This document shows, one piece after another, positions 51,649-64,000 of a stretch of DNA of 64,000 nucleotides. Position 1 is the stretch's first letter. The number at the start of each line of letters is the position of its first letter. The notes below the pieces were generated by a model that was not told where the DNA came from, did not search any database, and saw only the letters and a program-made list of their open reading frames with translations. The position numbers and the translations under genes are program-made. Origin of the DNA: Callorhinchus milii (Eukaryota); contig NW_024704746.1 in the NCBI RefSeq assembly GCF_018977255.1, positions 43,400,001 through 43,464,000 of the forward strand, written 5' to 3'.

Positions 51649-52939
51649 TGATGTGAGCTCATCTAACCCTTACAGACTATTTGCTGTCTCAACTAGAAAG
51701 TTTAAACAATCAGCTTTTCATCCCATAAACACATCCATCGTGGTTTGTAGTTCCATTCTTTTTGGTCAAATTCTGACACACATGAATCCTGGGATTGCTT
51801 TTATTGCTTACAACAAATACACTGTCACTGCACATTACAGTAAACCTTTGAAGTGCTTTGAGGCATCTTTCTGACATGAAACGCGCTATTCCAAATGCAA
51901 TGATTATTATTGTTATGATTGTTTGCGTTCATGTACTGGCATAACTTGAACATATACAACCAGCAGAGCAATTTCTTATAGGACCTCAGGAGCACGAATG
52001 GACAGAAAATTGTTGAGAGCTTTTGTTTTTTCCATTGGCGCCTTACGTTCAGTGAGTGTTGTAAAAATACTGAGTCGAAGATCAGGATGGTAGAGAAGTG
52101 GGAAGAAAAGCAGGGCCTTCTTGGCTCAATAAAGCCCAAAAATAGGAGAACGGAAAAGATGTAGGAAGGTGAGTGGTAAACACACCATTTCAACAACAAC
52201 TTGCATTAAGCAGCTCTTTCCGCACGTACGGTAACATCACAAAGCATTTTTTTTTTCCTTTTCACACAGAGTTACTACAACAACAACAATGTGCATTTAT
52301 TAAAGCGGGCTTCGCATGGGTATTGTTTCAGAACGCTTACAATGCACTTTATCCAGAGCATAGTAACATCACAAAGCACTTTATTCCCTTCCACACAGAG
52401 TCACATCACAAAGCACTTTGTTCCCGAGCACTGACCACAGATTTCATTTTGGGCCCAGTGACCTGTGCCCATAGTATACCTGATGTGTTGATATTGAGAC
52501 GAATCGGGAGTGAAGCAGAAAATGCCCTTTGTGCACTGCTCCTGGGCGAGTCGCTGTGAAAAAGCATTCTTAATCTTCTGGGTTCATTTAAAATGCACAA
52601 ACCATTTGAGCTTTTCATCCTTTATGAAGTCTTTTGATTCTCTTCATATGGAGGGAGTTGCAAGTCAGTCGCTCAGTTATTCGCTGGGTGCAATTCTGCG
52701 TGAATGCCTTTTCTGTTAATCAGCACATTTATCTCAAACGTTGCGACTAGCAAAGGTTTTATCAATTGATTTATTCTGTGGATCTGAATATCAGTGTCAC
52801 TGCTGACAGAGGTCACTATGGAGACATTTTAGCCGTTCAATTCATGAATAACTGCAAGCCAACACCATTGACCTATGGAACAAATAGACCATCTCACTAT
52901 TGATGATGATACACTGATGTCTGTCATTTGAAGAAAAAT

Positions 52940-53130
52940 GTCAGTCTGGCTCAGTTGGTGACACTCTTGCCTTGGGATCAGAAAGTTACGTCAATCAGGA
53001 CGTAATTTAATAATCTAGGCTGACATCTCCAGTGTAGATACAGAAAGCTGTGTTATTGGAGGTGACTTTGGATGGAACATTAATCCAAGGTCCTGTCTTC
53101 CTGTTTGTCTGGTCATTGATGATCCCATCC
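52940..53130 (+). mobile_element. Family-B Deu SINE (partial, old)
   Basis: Head and core. Confidence 0.75.
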
Positions 53131-53260
53131 CACTTAAGTGTATTTCAAATAAGATGTGGGAAATTTCCGAGTGACTTGCCGTTATTTAGTCAAGTCCACT
53201 GAAAAAATACAGATCTACTGTGGCAACGCTTCTTACTGTTGGTTGTATGAAATTTTAATA

Positions 53261-53597
53261 AATAATACTTGCATTTGATATAGCGCCTTATCATGTTGTT
53301 GAGACGTCTCAAATTACTTCACAGAATATATTGTAAAGTGGATTGTGGGCGAAACGCGGCAGCCAATTGTACACAGCAGTGTCCCATAAACAGTGGTGGA
53401 TTGAGTGATCAATCTTTTTGAGAGGGATTATTACCCCTGGAAAGCCATCTGCCAATCAGCTGCGAGGTTCCTACTTACTGCAGGTAAACAGAAGTGTGTG
53501 GAGTAAGGAAACTTGCCTAAGGTTTCGCCCCACCCAGGAATCAAACCTGGGTCCTCTCGCTTGTAAGGTAAGCACGTTAACTATGCTATGGGATTCC
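53261..53597 (-). mobile_element. Long variant of family-A SINE retaining an extra ~58-nt CORE-like segment (53434-53491)
   Basis: Same head and tail as family A plus, on the minus strand, cttctgtttacctgcagtaagtaggaacc...ggctttccagggg. Confidence 0.88.
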
Positions 53598-55569
53598 AAA
53601 TTGGTTGCATGAGATGAAGGATGAGATGCAGTGTTTGCTTATATTAAAAACTAAGTAACTCATTGTGAGAGTGCTTTGAGATGTTTTGGTGCTCTAAGAC
53701 ACTATTGCATTAAATACAATCTTTTTGAAATGTATTTATCATTCACGGCCCAAGTTGATTAACAATTATGAGACTTAAATCATTTTAATGGAATAGCTGC
53801 AGAATTCAAGTAAAGCCTATTAAGCAAACTAATGGGTTCCAGTGAATCACTCGGCTGGAATTTCTATACATAACAGAAATAGTACATGACTGGTATAATA
53901 ACAACACGGCAATTTTACATCTTTAACAGTGTTAGAAACAATCCTGGTAAAATTCCTGAGGCAAACACAGGTCCGGGGGAGAGCTTTCGAAGCACCGTGA
54001 TGAAATAGGACACAATTTAGTTTATGATCCATGGAGTTAATGCTGCCGAAGGTTATTCAAAGTGCTCACAAAATCATCTCCTCCAGGTGGTGTTGGGAGC
54101 AAGGCTTCAGCCCAATTTTCACTTGCTCAGCTCCACTTATACTGTAAGTTTCACTGCAAATCAGTGCCAGAAATACAGTGGCTTGCAACAAAACATGCTG
54201 ATTTAAAGGTTATCTCTCGTCAGCTTGCACTGTGTGTGGAATCAAAGCATCTGTTGGCTTTGCTTGAGACCCGAGCAAATGTGCATATGATCTAGTACCT
54301 GAGTTGAGGGTGCCAGGACTATTATGGTGGGTGGAATTCATCACCTTTTGTCGCTTCAGATAAAGGGTAAAACTCCATTGTTGGGTGTGTGTCACTTACT
54401 TGCTTCAATCTCGTTTGAAAGCGTTGTATGGCGACAGAATTCCCTAACTAAGTACAGTCAAAATTGAGTGTTTATTGTACAATATATTGAGTGGAATTTG
54501 CAACCATGGAAGTTGGAGATTGGAATCATTGATTCACAATGGTGCAGGCGTTGTGCTGGTAGTGCTTTTATATATACCTATCAAGGGCAGTCCTCAAGTT
54601 GTGCTGTGTTCTATTGATATTTGAGCTCTGACTTTACCGCAGGGTGGGCCTGATGTGTTATCGTGTACAGTTCCTGTCGTGTGGCCCATATCACAAACTT
54701 AACTGCTGCCAGTATGATCCTGTGATGTGTGAGCATGGTTTGTTCCTCCGCTAAAAACTGAAAGCTAGCCCATGGGGATTCGATTACAAACCCTCTTTGT
54801 TCCTGCAGTTTCATTTCAAAGTGCCGCCCCAGCTTGAGTCAGTACGTGAGTGAGAGTTGCCACCAGCCTGAGTCCTGACTCCAGGAAGGAGCCCACAGCC
54901 TCCTTCACTGAGCCATTCAGACTGTAAAACAATGCAATTTTGCAATACAATTTTTTCGTGGTATAAAGCAGAAGTTGTGTTAAGCTGATACAATTTCAGA
55001 TGTATCAGAAGGCTGTTTAACATTTGCAAAGGTCCCCGAAGCAGTGGTGTCTGACAACTAGGGAGGAAATGTGAGTGGTTCATTGATAATGGGACCGCTG
55101 CTGCAACAATTTGCAGAGGCTTCTGTCCTGCTTTGCCAACATGGCTGCCAACTTGCCCTGCAAAAAATGCCTTGACCATCACCTTCTACTTCACAGCCTG
55201 TCACGTGTAGAAAGGGATCAGATCAGCAATGGGACATCAGTATGGTCTGTACAGTACACTCTGGGGGGTCTTAAGCTATCACAACAAAGGATGCCGACAA
55301 CAGTAAAAATGTCAGCTGGCCATCACACTTGAATATTTATTGTAACTTTAGATCCCTTTATTTCTTGCTTATGTTTAGTTTCTGTTCATTACTCGTCCTC
55401 CTGCCTTTGGGGGTCATACGTTCCCACCCACACCCCAGGGCTTGAGATCACAGTCAACTGAGACAGATTTTTATTTTCTTTTTCCTCTACGAAGGATTTA
55501 GCTCCATAAATGACCAGGAATAAATTGAGAAAAGATCACTGTGAATGTTAATCGCGTGGTTCAGACAGG

Positions 55570-55860
55570 GTCAGTCTGGCTCAGTCAGAAGCACCATAGT
55601 TTCTGAGTCAGAAGGTTCTGAATTCGATCGAGTTCCACCTGAGGACATTTGAGCTCATACAGTCCAGGCTGACTCTCCACCATGGCCTCCTCTCAGAGGT
55701 GTCATCCTTCGGCTAAGACATTAAACTGACATGCTATCCTATCCATCTGTTGAGAAATCCCATGACACTATTCAAAAAGAGAATAGAAATGTTTGCAGTG
55801 GCCTGGCCAGCAATCCTCTTGATAAATAGGTAAATCACTTCATGACTGTCTGCGAGTCCC
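55570..55860 (+). mobile_element. Family-B Deu SINE (old)
   Basis: Head and core. Confidence 0.8.
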
Positions 55861-56129
55861 GACTGTAAGAAAATTTAAATAATTAAAAATTTAAAATAAG
55901 AAACTAATATTAATATTAAGAAGCGTCATGTTACAAGCTTAGAAATTAATTATTTGGGCAGTGCAAACAGAATTAGACTCTAGACTTCTGTTTCTTACTT
56001 ACTGAGGGATAGTTATTTCCGAATGAGCATTTTTAAATTCAAACAGTGGAGTTTGTCAAGGAACAGATTAAAAGCTATAGTCCATGCCCTTGGAGAACTA
56101 GGTGTTCGAGCTAAACTATATAAAAAAAA

Positions 56130-56300
56130 TTGTTCACTTCAATCCACGACTGTTTGTGGGACACTCCTGTGCGCAATTGGCTGCCGCGTTTCGCCCACAA
56201 ATATACGGTCAACTCACATTACAGTATATTCTGTGAAGTACTTTGAGATGTCTAGAAGACGTGAAAAGCGCTGTATCAAATGCAAGGATTATTATTTATT
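56130..56300 (+). mobile_element. Family-A SINE 3' half
   Basis: tcacttcaatccacgactgtttgtggg...tail. Confidence 0.9.
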
Positions 56301-56512
56301 ATTGTGTGCAAATTGGCTGCTGCATTTGCCCTCTAATACAAAGTCGCTCGCTTGACAGCAGTTACCTACCAAAGTGCGATAGCGATGCAGGATCAGAAGC
56401 AAACAATGTGATTATTTATCAGCCTCTGGAAGGAATACAACCAACTGGGGCTGACAGGTTAGAGATTAATCAACGTGTGCAGTGGCTTGGACCAATATTC
56501 AACAACCACAGC

Positions 56513-56808
56513 TTAGAGCACTCGCCTTACAAACGAGACACCTGGGTTTAATTCCAGGCAGGGCGAAAACTTGGACAAGTTTCCTTACTCCACACAGCCT
56601 AATAATAATCCCACCAAAAAACAAAACAATAATAAATTGGTCATTTTCAATCCAAGACTGTTTGTGGGACGCTGCTGTGCGCAATTGGTTGCTACGTTTC
56701 GCCCACAAATATACGGTCAATTCACTTTATGGTCTATTCTGTGAAGCGCTTTGAGACGTCGAGAAGACGTGAAAAGTGCTATATCAAATGCAAGGATTAT
56801 TATTATTA
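56513..56808 (+). mobile_element. Family-A SINE, slightly 5'-truncated
   Basis: Close match to 3704-4068 in the opposite orientation; abuts an inverted L2 tail. Confidence 0.93.
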
Positions 56809-57344
56809 CATTTATATAGCACCCTTCACGCAGGAAAGCATCTCTGAGCACTGCACAGTGGCGGGTTTGGACGCAGAGCAAGGGAGAAGGGGTGGTCACC
56901 GTGAGCGCGATCAAAGAGGTGGGTCACAAGAATATAACATGACGTGTAATGGATTATTTTCTTCATTCTGGGTGATCAGCACGTATGTTGCTGCTGTTAC
57001 AAGCCGGCTTTACGTCATGTGGAGAGGGGTTGGGGGCGGGTCATCTACATTCTTTGGGAGAAGTTAAACCTTCACATAAAAAAGTGTCCGACCAGCTTGC
57101 CCTTTGTTTCTGTTTGTGGTGTGGCTCGAAACTGCTTCGCGGTTCAAAACAACATGCTTCAATGACTTGCTATTTTCTGGGAAGTGGGAGAGGGGGAAGG
57201 GGATTCGATCCTGCCTTGTTTAGTCAAAGGACCAGAAAGAAAATTTATCTGCATAGAGTTTGGGGATTGTCCTGCCTATTAATTTGTGTAAGGAGCAGTA
57301 TCTTAGGTGACTCATCTCATGACCTAACTGCACGATAATAATAA

Positions 57345-57945
57345 GCTAATCCTTGCATTTGATATAACGCATTATCATGTCGTTGAGACATCTCAAAGCA
57401 CTTCACAGAATATACAACAACAGCAAAATTACATTTGTAAAGTGCCTTTCACGTAGGGAGGATGTCCCAAAGCACAGAACAGTCGGGGATCAGAACCTGA
57501 GCATGGGGTGGGGGGGCAGGTTTGGGATGAGGGAGGGTGTAAGAGATAAGAGGATTGCTGAAGGCACGTTCAAAAAGGAGTCTTAAGTTGTGCCTTGAAA
57601 GAGGCAAGGGAAGGAACAAGGCGAAGAAATTGTGGGATGGATTTCCAAAGGGCGGGTGCAGAGAGGCTGAAAGCCCAGCTGCCAATAGTAAGGCGGGTCG
57701 GGCTGGAGACATGGAGCAGGACGGAGCCTGCTGAATGGAGGGAGCGGACAGGTTGATAGGGGGTTACTGTTAAGTGCATTGGCTGTGTATTTTGTGGGTG
57801 AAACGCAGCAGGCAATTGTGCACAGCAAAGTCCCTCAAACAGTCGTGCATTGAGAGACCAAATTATTGCATTTTTTTTAAGGGATTATTACCCCTGAAAA
57901 GTGATCCACCGATCGTCTAACAACTGAGTTCCTTTCGACTAACAA
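57345..57945 (-). mobile_element. Long-variant SINE split by an L2 3' fragment (57416-57764)
   Basis: The SINE reads cacagaatatac|...|tactgttaagtg across the L2. The L2 encodes RLTIGSWAFSLSAPALWKSIP...SFKAQLKTPF on the minus strand. Confidence 0.88.
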
Positions 57946-58629
57946 ATAGGTTTTCTCAGGATGCTGGTTCATAGTGGAGGTGGAATCTCTATTAATAATA
58001 AATCCTTACGTTTGATTTAGCATCTTTCACATTGTGGGGGAAGGGACGTCCCAACGCGCTTCACAGGATACACTGAAATGTACTGACTGTGAAGAATGAG
58101 AATGGTTGTATGAAAGGCAGCGAATGCAACATCTGTGCAGTTTTTGTGGTGCCTGAGAATAGCAGAGGAGCTGCTGAGGCACTGGAACCATAGAACCACT
58201 GTCACAGCTTATTGTGAAGTCCGAATGAAAAGAGAACTCTTTTAAGCGATCGGGGTATAATAGACTCCCCAGTGTTTTCTTTAAAATGCAGGAGACACAA
58301 GACGGGGGCAATTTTACAGCAGTGGGACGATTGTCAGCATTGTGCGGAAATTTTATTTTCCCCCTTGCTCTCTAATCTTTGGTGTGAGAAAACTCTTGTT
58401 GCTGAAAGGTTTTAGTTGAAAAAAAGACATTTTCCCAACCTGTTTATTTTGGCAGCTCCTCCAGCTATTTCACTCTGTTGGAAGATTTGATATATTTAGG
58501 GGAAGAGAAGTCACTTTTTGTGGCACATTAACGCCCTGATTTGTAGTCAGAATGAAGTGCTGTTCAGCCATATTCATCACCGGGTCACTCTGAGTCCACT
58601 TAAACCTCGGCTCCAGCATCAAGGGATAG

Positions 58630-58925
58630 ATCATCCCAACAATCCCTCAAATAAGATTAATGATTCGCTTCACAGCTGTTTGTGGCATATTGCTGGGTGC
58701 AAATTTGCCGCAGCATTCGCCTACAAAATACAGAGTAACTACACAGTAAAATCCTGTGAAGCGCTTTGAGACGTGATAAGGTGATGATAATAATAATAAT
58801 CCTTGCATTTGGTATGCGCCTTATCACCTCAGACGGACGTCTCAATGCACTTCACTGCATTTACTGTGAAATAGAGTGACTGTAGGCAAGAGTGGCAACA
58901 CAATTGTGCACAGCAATGTGACATA
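58630..58925. mobile_element. Two SINE 3' halves joined tail-to-tail (+ then -)
   Basis: A + tail to ~58787 is followed by (TAA)n ccttgcatttg, a minus-strand tail. Confidence 0.85.
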
Positions 58926-59199
58926 ATCATATTGAACATATATCTGCTACATTGATTACAGGGATCATTGTTATACAGATATGCACTTCACAGTGTGACA
59001 CAGCAGACATCTTTCAACAGAATCATTTTCTTTTCACAGCTTTGCTCACAAATGTACATACCAATTCAGGGTGAGAATGTCTGTGATGCTTTCTCAGTTG
59101 CTATTAGTGGGACTTTTTTCTTTAAGAACCTCATTAACCTGGATCGTTACATCAGCCACATTTATGGAAGGAGTCCTAAAACTTTGTGATTCTCATTTG

Positions 59200-59684
59200 T
59201 CCTCCATGACCCGATCAGCCCCACCCTCGCAAGGCTCCACTGACTCCCCATTCCCCAGAGGATAGGGTTCAAAATCTTCGTCCTCACCTTCAAAGCCCTC
59301 CACAGGCTTACCCCTTCCGACCTCTGTGACTTGCTAATGCGATATCAACCTGTCCACTCCCTCCACTCAGCAGCCTGCTCCACATTCCCCGCCCTGCCCG
59401 CCCCATCATCAGCGGTCGGCCTTCAGTTTCTCTGCCCTCCACTCTTTTGAACTCCATCCAACAGCCCTTCATCTTGCTCCCTTGCTTGCCTCCTTCAAGG
59501 CATGTCTCAAGACCATCCTCTTCGACCATGACTTCGGCCACCCTCCTACCCTACCCTCCATGCGCTCCAACACTCCTGATTCCAACCCCGTGATCGGGTC
59601 CAAATTCCTGACTATCCAGCGCCTTGGGACATCCTCCCTACGTGAAAAGCGCTTTACAAAATATAATTTGTTGTTACTGTTGTT
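59200..59684 (+). mobile_element. L2 ORF2 C-terminus + 3' UTR + tail
   Basis: LH*LPIPQRIGFKIFVLTFKALHRL, SFKACLKTILFDHDFGH, and tail. Confidence 0.93.
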
Positions 59685-59962
59685 CTATTTCTCTTCAAAC
59701 AACAAGTACAAACTTAATAAAGAGAGTGCTTCGAGGGTCTTTGGCACAGTGACAGTGCCCCAACATCTAAGGAAACTGAGTGAACACAAAAGTGCCACAT
59801 TTCTGTTATGCAGAGGCCGTGCATTGTCACAGTGATTGTGCTGTTCTCTCCAGAGGCTTTAATACGCTGAGGTAGGTCTTTGTGACGTATCAGCTGGGAA
59901 TGTTGGCAAGTGTTTTCTCTAGACTGGGAAGGTGCCTCATCCTGACAAGCCAGCATTGTGTG

Positions 59963-60019
59963 CCTGGCACTGTTGTTGACCAGCCTTGAACACCTGGCAC
60001 TGTTGGTGACCAGCTTTGA
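59963..60019. repeat. 30-bp tandem duplication
   Basis: cctggcactgttgttgaccagccttga / cctggcactgttggtgaccagctttga. Confidence 0.9.
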
Positions 60020-61569
60020 GTATCTGGTATTGTTGGGTTGCGTCTAGATTCCCCAGGCCTCCGGATCAATCTGTGGCTAGAAATAAACTTATTATTGGGA
60101 CCAGCACTATGTGGTCACGGTTACACACATTCAATTGCTCACATATTGCCAGTGATGCTATGAGCTCAACCCACAGAGTGTGTCTTGTGTGCACCTCTGG
60201 GCAGCCAGGTCAGAACAGAACATGGCGAAAGTCTTAAATTACACCACTTATCTGTTTGACCCAGGTTCCATCAGAGAAACCAGCTTGAATTGCAGTTGAG
60301 ACCCCAGGCTTGCTTAGTCCCCTGACTCAATCATTAGATAATGACTCTGCTGTCTGGAAGTAATGCAATCAGATTAAACCGCAGAAAATGTTATGATGGC
60401 ATAAAAATCTACTTTCTAGCCTACCGTTTTAAGCCTGCTACTCAGGACTTCTTGGATTCTGTGCTCTGTGCTTATCACTTTCACAGCTAGACTTTGTTAT
60501 GCATGATGGATTTTAGTTGCCAGTAGTAATAATAATAATAGTCCTTGCATTTGATATACAGGCTTATCATGGCGTCAAGACATCTCAAAGTGCTTCACAG
60601 GACATACTTTAAATTGGATTGACTGTATTTTGCGGGCGAAATGCAGCAGCCACTTTGCACACAGTACTTTTTTATTTAGCTTCATTTGGAAATTGAGATG
60701 TTTGTTCCACCAGGGTCAAAAATACACAGTTAACATGCAATCCGTATGGGAAGATGGTGTTGACAGGAAGGTAGAAATGTCAGATTTTAGTTCACTTCAA
60801 GTCTTCCAATGCTGCAGGAATAATGCAGAAATACCACTACTTGTCCAACAAGGATCACTCTGTCTGCCTTTCACATCATGAGGACGTCTGAAAGCACTTC
60901 ACAGGATCACTGCAAAGTGGAGTGACTGTGTGTCTTGTGGGTAGGGTACACACAAGGATCTGAGCTATACATCTGTGATAACGTGTGCTTTACACCACCC
61001 ACGATGTGAAGTGTAATATTGCTGTGTGAGCTTTGGGCTTGAAGTTCAAAGATTAAATGCACAGAATCCAATTCCATGACCCAGAGCGCCAAAAGCATTG
61101 TGCAATGGGTTTAATTTCTGACTCAGATCAGTCGGGAACTCACTGTCATTGATCTTGGAGATTTAAAATGACCGTACTATGTGTGTTTTGCAGCGTCGTA
61201 ATGGTGTATTGGTCAATACATGGCTTTTAAAAAAACATTAATTTCTGAAACTCTAATGTTGTTTGACGACTTCACAGTAATGGGATTAACATCAGATTCC
61301 TGAAGGACATTGAGCAGTGGCGGGTGGTTTGGAGTGTGGAATTTATTCCGTACTTATATTTATATCTGAACAAGTTGCTTCACAGTTTACCTGGTACTAG
61401 GAATGAAACAAAACATTGCTTGGATCTCTGCAAACATTGTTTAGTGTATAGTCTTCACTTTAAGATGACCCTGGAAACCACAGTCTGGTGAGCTTGAGAT
61501 CTGGAGCAGGTAGATATTAGTGGATAACCTGAAGGAGGGAACAATAATTAATTAATGAGTTAATTGATT

Positions 61570-61885
61570 TTTTTACATTTGACATTATGTCTGATCACAT
61601 CATTGAGATGTTTCAAAGCACTTCAGAGGATTTAGTGTAAAGTTCATGACTGAATTTTGTGTGTGAAGGTGGCAGCCAATTTGATTACAGCAATGTCCCA
61701 CGAACACCCATGAAGTGAATGACCAATTTTATTTGAGGGGCTGTTAGACAGGACACTGGGAGAAGCTCCCTTCTTTCTTTAAATTGTGCCATGGGATCTT
61801 TAACGAGCATCTGAACAGGCAAACGGGACCTCAGTTTAACAACTCATTCGAAGGATGGCTCCACCAGCAATGCAGTGCTCCCCCA
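61570..61885 (-). mobile_element. Family-B Deu SINE, headless
   Basis: Tail and core on the minus strand. Confidence 0.85.
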
Positions 61886-62057
61886 GGTACTCTGTGCAGA
61901 TGTGAAAATCTAGAAATAGTTGCTGAATATTGGCATCCAGTTCTTTTTGTAATGCCTGTTGTGGGTTGGCTTTACCTCATGTATTGCTTTTCTATACAAT
62001 GACGGTGATTAATTGCTTGCACAGGAAGGAAGTGCTGCATAGAGAGTTTTATGTAAT

Positions 62058-62172
62058 GAAACAAAAATCGAAATCGCTGGGAACACTCAGCATTTTGACC
62101 TGCTGAGTGTTCCCAGCGACTTTTGTTTTTGTTTTCAGATTTCCAGCATCCTCAGTATTTTGCATTTTGTTT
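62058..62172. mobile_element. Palindromic short element resembling chondrichthyan Penelope-related hairpin repeats, centre deleted
   Basis: Perfect 19-bp inverted repeat (62074-62092 / 62101-62119), then ttcagatttccagcatc..cagtattttgc. Family assignment is from memory. Confidence 0.65.
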
Positions 62173-62717
62173 GTGTATTGATTTGTTTTGAGGCTTTCTT
62201 TCTTCACTTATTCATGGGCCGAAAGATAGTTGCTGTTGAGAGCCTTTCTATCCTTATGCAGTTTGCTGAGTGTAAAGTTTGGCACTGTGCGTAAAATGGT
62301 TTTGGAGACGAAGGAATAACACGGATTATTCATTGAACATAAGCACATTGCTACTGCCTGTGCACTTTCATTCAGTGAATGATCCACCAAAACTTTGCAC
62401 GATCCCGTTGATTTTCTCAACTGAACGAATTTAGGTGCGGAGGTGGAAGAAGTCAGAGGAACTCAAGAGTTGAGCTGTAAACCTGTGCATGCTGTGTTTC
62501 GGACTGGGGCACGAGAATATATTTAATATCAGGAAAAATAGTGGAACATGTCGATTGTGAGAAGATGTCAAAGGGCAACATTTGGTTACTTTGAGTTCCA
62601 CATCTGGAATTTTGTGGCCCTAAAGGAGTTCAATAAGGTCCTATCATACAGCCTCTGCTCCTCCGCCTCACTCTTCTCTCTGTCTTTAAATCCCACCTTC
62701 AAATCTATTTTTTGTGT

Positions 62718-63130
62718 GTCAGCCTGGCTCAGTGGTAGCACTCTTGTCTATGAGTCAGATAGTCACATAGTCTACGGTGACATTCCAGTATAGTGCTGGG
62801 AGTGTTGCAGTCAGAGAAGCCGTCCTTCAGATGAGACGTTAAATGATTTGTCCTGTCTGATTGTTTAAAGATGAACTTTAAGGATCCCATTGGACCATTT
62901 GAAGAGAGGGGGGAGTTTTCCCCAGTGTCCTGGCTAACAAATTTCACCCCAAAAAATTGATCACTCACTCCATGGGTGTTTGTGGAACATTGCTGTGCAT
63001 AACTGAGCTTACGATCTTTGCCTACAAAATACAGTCAATCCACTTTACAGTATATTCTGCGTTGCAACGTTTTGAGATGTCTCTACGATGCGGTGAAGCA
63101 CTATATCAAATGCAAGTATTATTTATTATT
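62718..63130 (+). mobile_element. Full-length family-B Deu SINE
   Basis: Head, core and tail. Confidence 0.9.
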
Positions 63131-63649
63131 GATATTTTTTGGTCACCTACCCCTCACTTCTCCCTTGCTCAGTATACAACCCCGCCACTGTGCAGGGCTA
63201 CAAGATGCTATCCAATGTGAATGGCAGGATATAATTACAAGTTATTGTAACACACAGGCCCAATACACTGGACAATTTCTTTTAATCTATTCCATGAACC
63301 AATGAGCTACATATGCATCACTGGGCAATTGACTGATGTCACTGAAGGGACTTCAGAGCGTTCCTCTGTGCAGCTTAAATACTGTGTGCAACGTTTGAAC
63401 TCTTCACTTGCCTAGAGCAGTGATGCTCATGTGTCCAAGTGGTGAGGTTTCATGATGTCATTGTACTGTTTTGGAGGTTTACTTTGGGCATTTCTTAATT
63501 GATATCTTGATAAGAATCTTGCAAGTATCAAATTTGTGTAATATTGAACATGCTGAAGAATAGGTTATCAATTTACTTGATAAAAAACAACTCAAGATTG
63601 GATTCTGCAGAACATTAGAAATTAACACAGAAGATTGCCCATCATTGCT

Positions 63650-63990
63650 TGTCCTGGCTCCTTGAGACAGCAATACTTTCAGTCCAATTCACCTTCCATT
63701 TCTCCATGCAAATATTCCTTGCATTTGTTAATCCTTGCATCTAGTTCCTTATTTAAAACCAAAAGGAATCCTGCAGGGCATTCCATATCCTAACAAATCT
63801 TTTTTGTGTCAAAAAAATCCTAATCTTTTCCCTTTGCTAGTTGTCTTAAGTGAATGCCCTGTTGTCTCTGACTCACCAATTAGAGTGGAAATAATTTCTC
63901 CCCATCGACCATCATTGTTAAGCCCTTCATCAGATCTGCCCTCAATCTTCTTTGTTCCAATGAAAATAGGCCCAGTTCTGTCACTCTCTG
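63650..63990 (-). mobile_element. Decayed CR1 3' region
   Basis: Reverse-strand CR1 motifs (tcagatctgccctcaatcttctttgttccaatgaaaataggcccag; atgccctgttgtctctgactc). Confidence 0.7.
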
Positions 63991-64000
63991 CTTTGAGGTC

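Noticed and set aside
56023-57067. Recurring peptides such as [11 protein letters not shown] and IKCKDYYY suggesting a gene family
   Set aside because: Translations of the shared SINE tail.

Overview
This is vertebrate genomic DNA, repeat-rich and almost entirely non-coding. The SINE, L2 and CR1 families look chondrichthyan, most likely a chimaera (inferred from recalled family sequences, not verified). Layout: (i) at 963-1155 a dead exon of a PNPLA8/iPLA2-gamma gene, with the catalytic DGG changed to NGN, the splice acceptor lost and a frameshift, plus a possible ghost of the terminal exon at about 2.84-2.98 kb. (ii) An intergenic stretch with CR1/L2 remnants, LF-SINE-like copies and a decayed R4/Dong-clade retroelement endonuclease end at 7.13-7.61 kb. 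(iii) A CpG-island promoter/first-exon region at about 13.5-16.1 kb with large minisatellites and a 131-N gap. (iv) About 48 kb of apparent intron with no recognisable coding exon; recalled synteny suggests NRCAM or an L1-family paralogue. It carries two SINE families sharing an L2-type tail, L2/CR1 fragments, a 472-bp solo LTR with a 5-bp TSD, and small hairpin elements. I found no intact protein-coding gene, RNA gene or clearly novel multi-gene system. The long ORFs in the track are repeat artefacts.
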